Source: Tubulanus polymorphus (Eukaryota; Animalia; Nemertea). Taken from it: DNA of 64,000 bases. Of this stretch, positions 62,021 to 64,000 are shown one piece after another. Position numbers and translations under genes: made by a program. The notes beneath the pieces are model-generated. The model was given only the letters and a program-made list of their open reading frames with translations, did not search any database and had not been told where the DNA came from. The stretch's first letter is position 1. Every line of letters begins with the position of its first letter. Location: NCBI RefSeq assembly GCF_964204645.1, contig NC_134034.1, positions 9,436,962 to 9,500,961 on the forward strand, given 5' to 3'.

Positions 62021-64000
62021 AAATATCATTGTAACGGTTTGTACGGCATCAAAACAAACTGTTACATACGATTTCAGACTAAACCATTTCGGGAAACATT
62101 CCTCTCGTAACAGACTGAGAACACAAATCTTATAGTCAATATAGCTGCAAAGCAGCGATTGCGGGTTTTACGTACAAAACTGTGACAACACGCGAAATGA
62201 ATGATGGGAGTTATAGAAACTTAGAGTGTCGCATTGTTTAACGTGTTGTGATGAGTGGCGCCAGTAACGTGTATTCGGTGAACTGGCAAAATAGAAGCAG
62301 AAAACCCTAAACATAACCACAACAACAAAACAAGTAAAATTGATTAATTTCAAAGACCGTCAATTTTAGACTCGTAATTTGTATATATATGTGGAAACCA
62401 TACTAATAGTATGTAACAGACGTGGAAGGGTGCGGTTGATGCAATTTCCGCAGCTATTCTATATCAGTGTCACTCGATGGGAACAGTCGATTTATCATCT
62501 GATGTCTCGCATTCAAATTTCTGATAAACGATTTCAATTTGCAGAGGTAAGAATGAATACATACATTGTCTCATACGATTGTTAATGCTCCTCTCATAGG
62601 AGCGTTATATCAGGGTTTCATTAGAGCTGAATGAATGAATGATTTATTTACTTATGATATGAACTATACGAACTCCAAAATAAGGTACGACGTATTTTTT
62701 ACCACGTCTACAATACACCAGCCCATTGAACCCGGGTTTTGTTCGATGAGGGCTAATACCCGAATCCACATCTGTAGTTCAAGGTCAAGGCACCCGAACG
62801 CTGTATTAACCGATCCAGCCGGAACGGAGGTAGCGGACTTAAGGGCTAACCGTATACACTATGAGAAAGCAGAGTTTGAGGCGAACGTGGGTCAATGCCG
62901 AGTGTACCTTTATTTTTCGAGAAAGGCTTCTAAAACCCGGGTTTTCGCGTCAAACTCTGAAATTTTCTCTTTCGAAGCCGAGTTAAGAGTAGACGCTACG
63001 TGCGGGTTTTCGTGGAACCCGCGTACGTACATCGAAACCCGGGTTCAAAGAGTCAGTGCAGGCGTGGTTTGTATTTTTGCAGCATTTCAAAGCTATTTCC
63101 GAGCTGAAAAATCGGAATTATCGGCTAATGTACTGTGCTATGCATAGATGATGCGTCGATTGCATGATTTCGTTTGAAAGAAAAATATCAATTTTGATTC
63201 AAACTACAGCGCAATAAACAACACTAGAAAGACTTCCGTTCGCTAAATTGACCTTGATAGATTTAACAATAAAACATTTTAGAAATACTTCAACAAAGTT
63301 AAACAACACAAAGAAATGAATAAAGTGATGACAAATCATAAAACATATGAGACATGGTGAGAAGACATTCAGGATAAAATACACTATTAATACAAGAATA
63401 GAGGTAACAGACCAACACGCATGTAGCCTATATTTCAGTGGGGGACCCACGGGGGGTTGATGGGTTTCGACCCCCGCTGCGAGTTCGAAAAGTTCAATCT
63501 TGATCGATTGCTGTTTCGGCGTCTGCCAGAAATTACCGTAGGTAATGCACATATTTTTCATGATTGTATTTTTCATTGAAATATGAAAAGATTATATCTG
63601 GGAAAACATTGCGCTTGACCCCCCTGCTCATTCTGCACCGTCCCTGTATCTATAAGCTAAATCTATCTCATGCTTCAACTCTGGAATCTCCTCAAGTCAA
63701 ATTACTTACCGCCTATAACTCAATCGATGCAAAATCTTTAGAACCCTTGCGGCACATTGGCGCACGTTTATATCGCTATACAACTCAATCGAACGCTTGC
63801 AAATATAACTATACGCAATCGTGAAGTGAGGCCGCTTTAGAGAAAAATCAGCCCCATTCGTTTGTTTACGAAGATTGTACTTTTTCGAATCCAGCGATTT
63901 GCCTATCAACATGCATAAACTGTTCCGTATGCTAATCTCAGAATATGTAAATTAGATTTGGTGGTTCTCTCCGGGTAGGCCGCCTAAAGCCCCCCTTCCC

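Noticed and set aside
62635-63147. 170-aa ORF
   Set aside because: No recognisable motif; overlaps repeat-like sequence (AAACCCGGGTT motifs).

Overview
Eukaryotic (metazoan) genomic DNA, probably a non-arthropod invertebrate (inference from gene content, TTAGGG-type repeats and TE families). Introns are AT-rich and exons CpG-rich. I reconstructed seven protein-coding genes by hand from splice sites, and all exon phases are consistent: (1) the 3' part of a PH+RhoGAP gene of the ARHGAP12/15/27 family (+, 1-11961); (2) a secreted, very basic galaxin-like di-cysteine repeat protein (+, 19345-22837); (3) CCDC89 (+, 24226-26896); (4) TDRKH/Papi (-, 30283-37630), head-to-head with (5) CoA synthase COASY (+, 40059-45779); (6) rRNA m6A methyltransferase ZCCHC4 (-, 46761-54585), head-to-head with (7) a nephrocystin-3 (NPHP3) whose whole 4-kb CDS is intronless (+, 56251-60288). 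Introns are dense with small DNA transposons: TTAA piggyBac-type MITEs, 9-bp-TSD MITEs, foldback MITEs, a 1.8-kb CACTA-terminus element and two Helentron/DINE-1-type HINEs. There are also LINE 3' fragments and many minisatellites, including a dispersed 77-bp tRNA-like satellite and a 27-bp repeat that multiplies a real splice donor. No prokaryote-type system (CRISPR etc.) is present. The most unusual items are the intronless NPHP3, the tRNA-like satellite, the decoy-donor minisatellite, the nested TE stack in ZCCHC4 intron 1, and the mirror-image TE layout around the TDRKH/COASY promoter.
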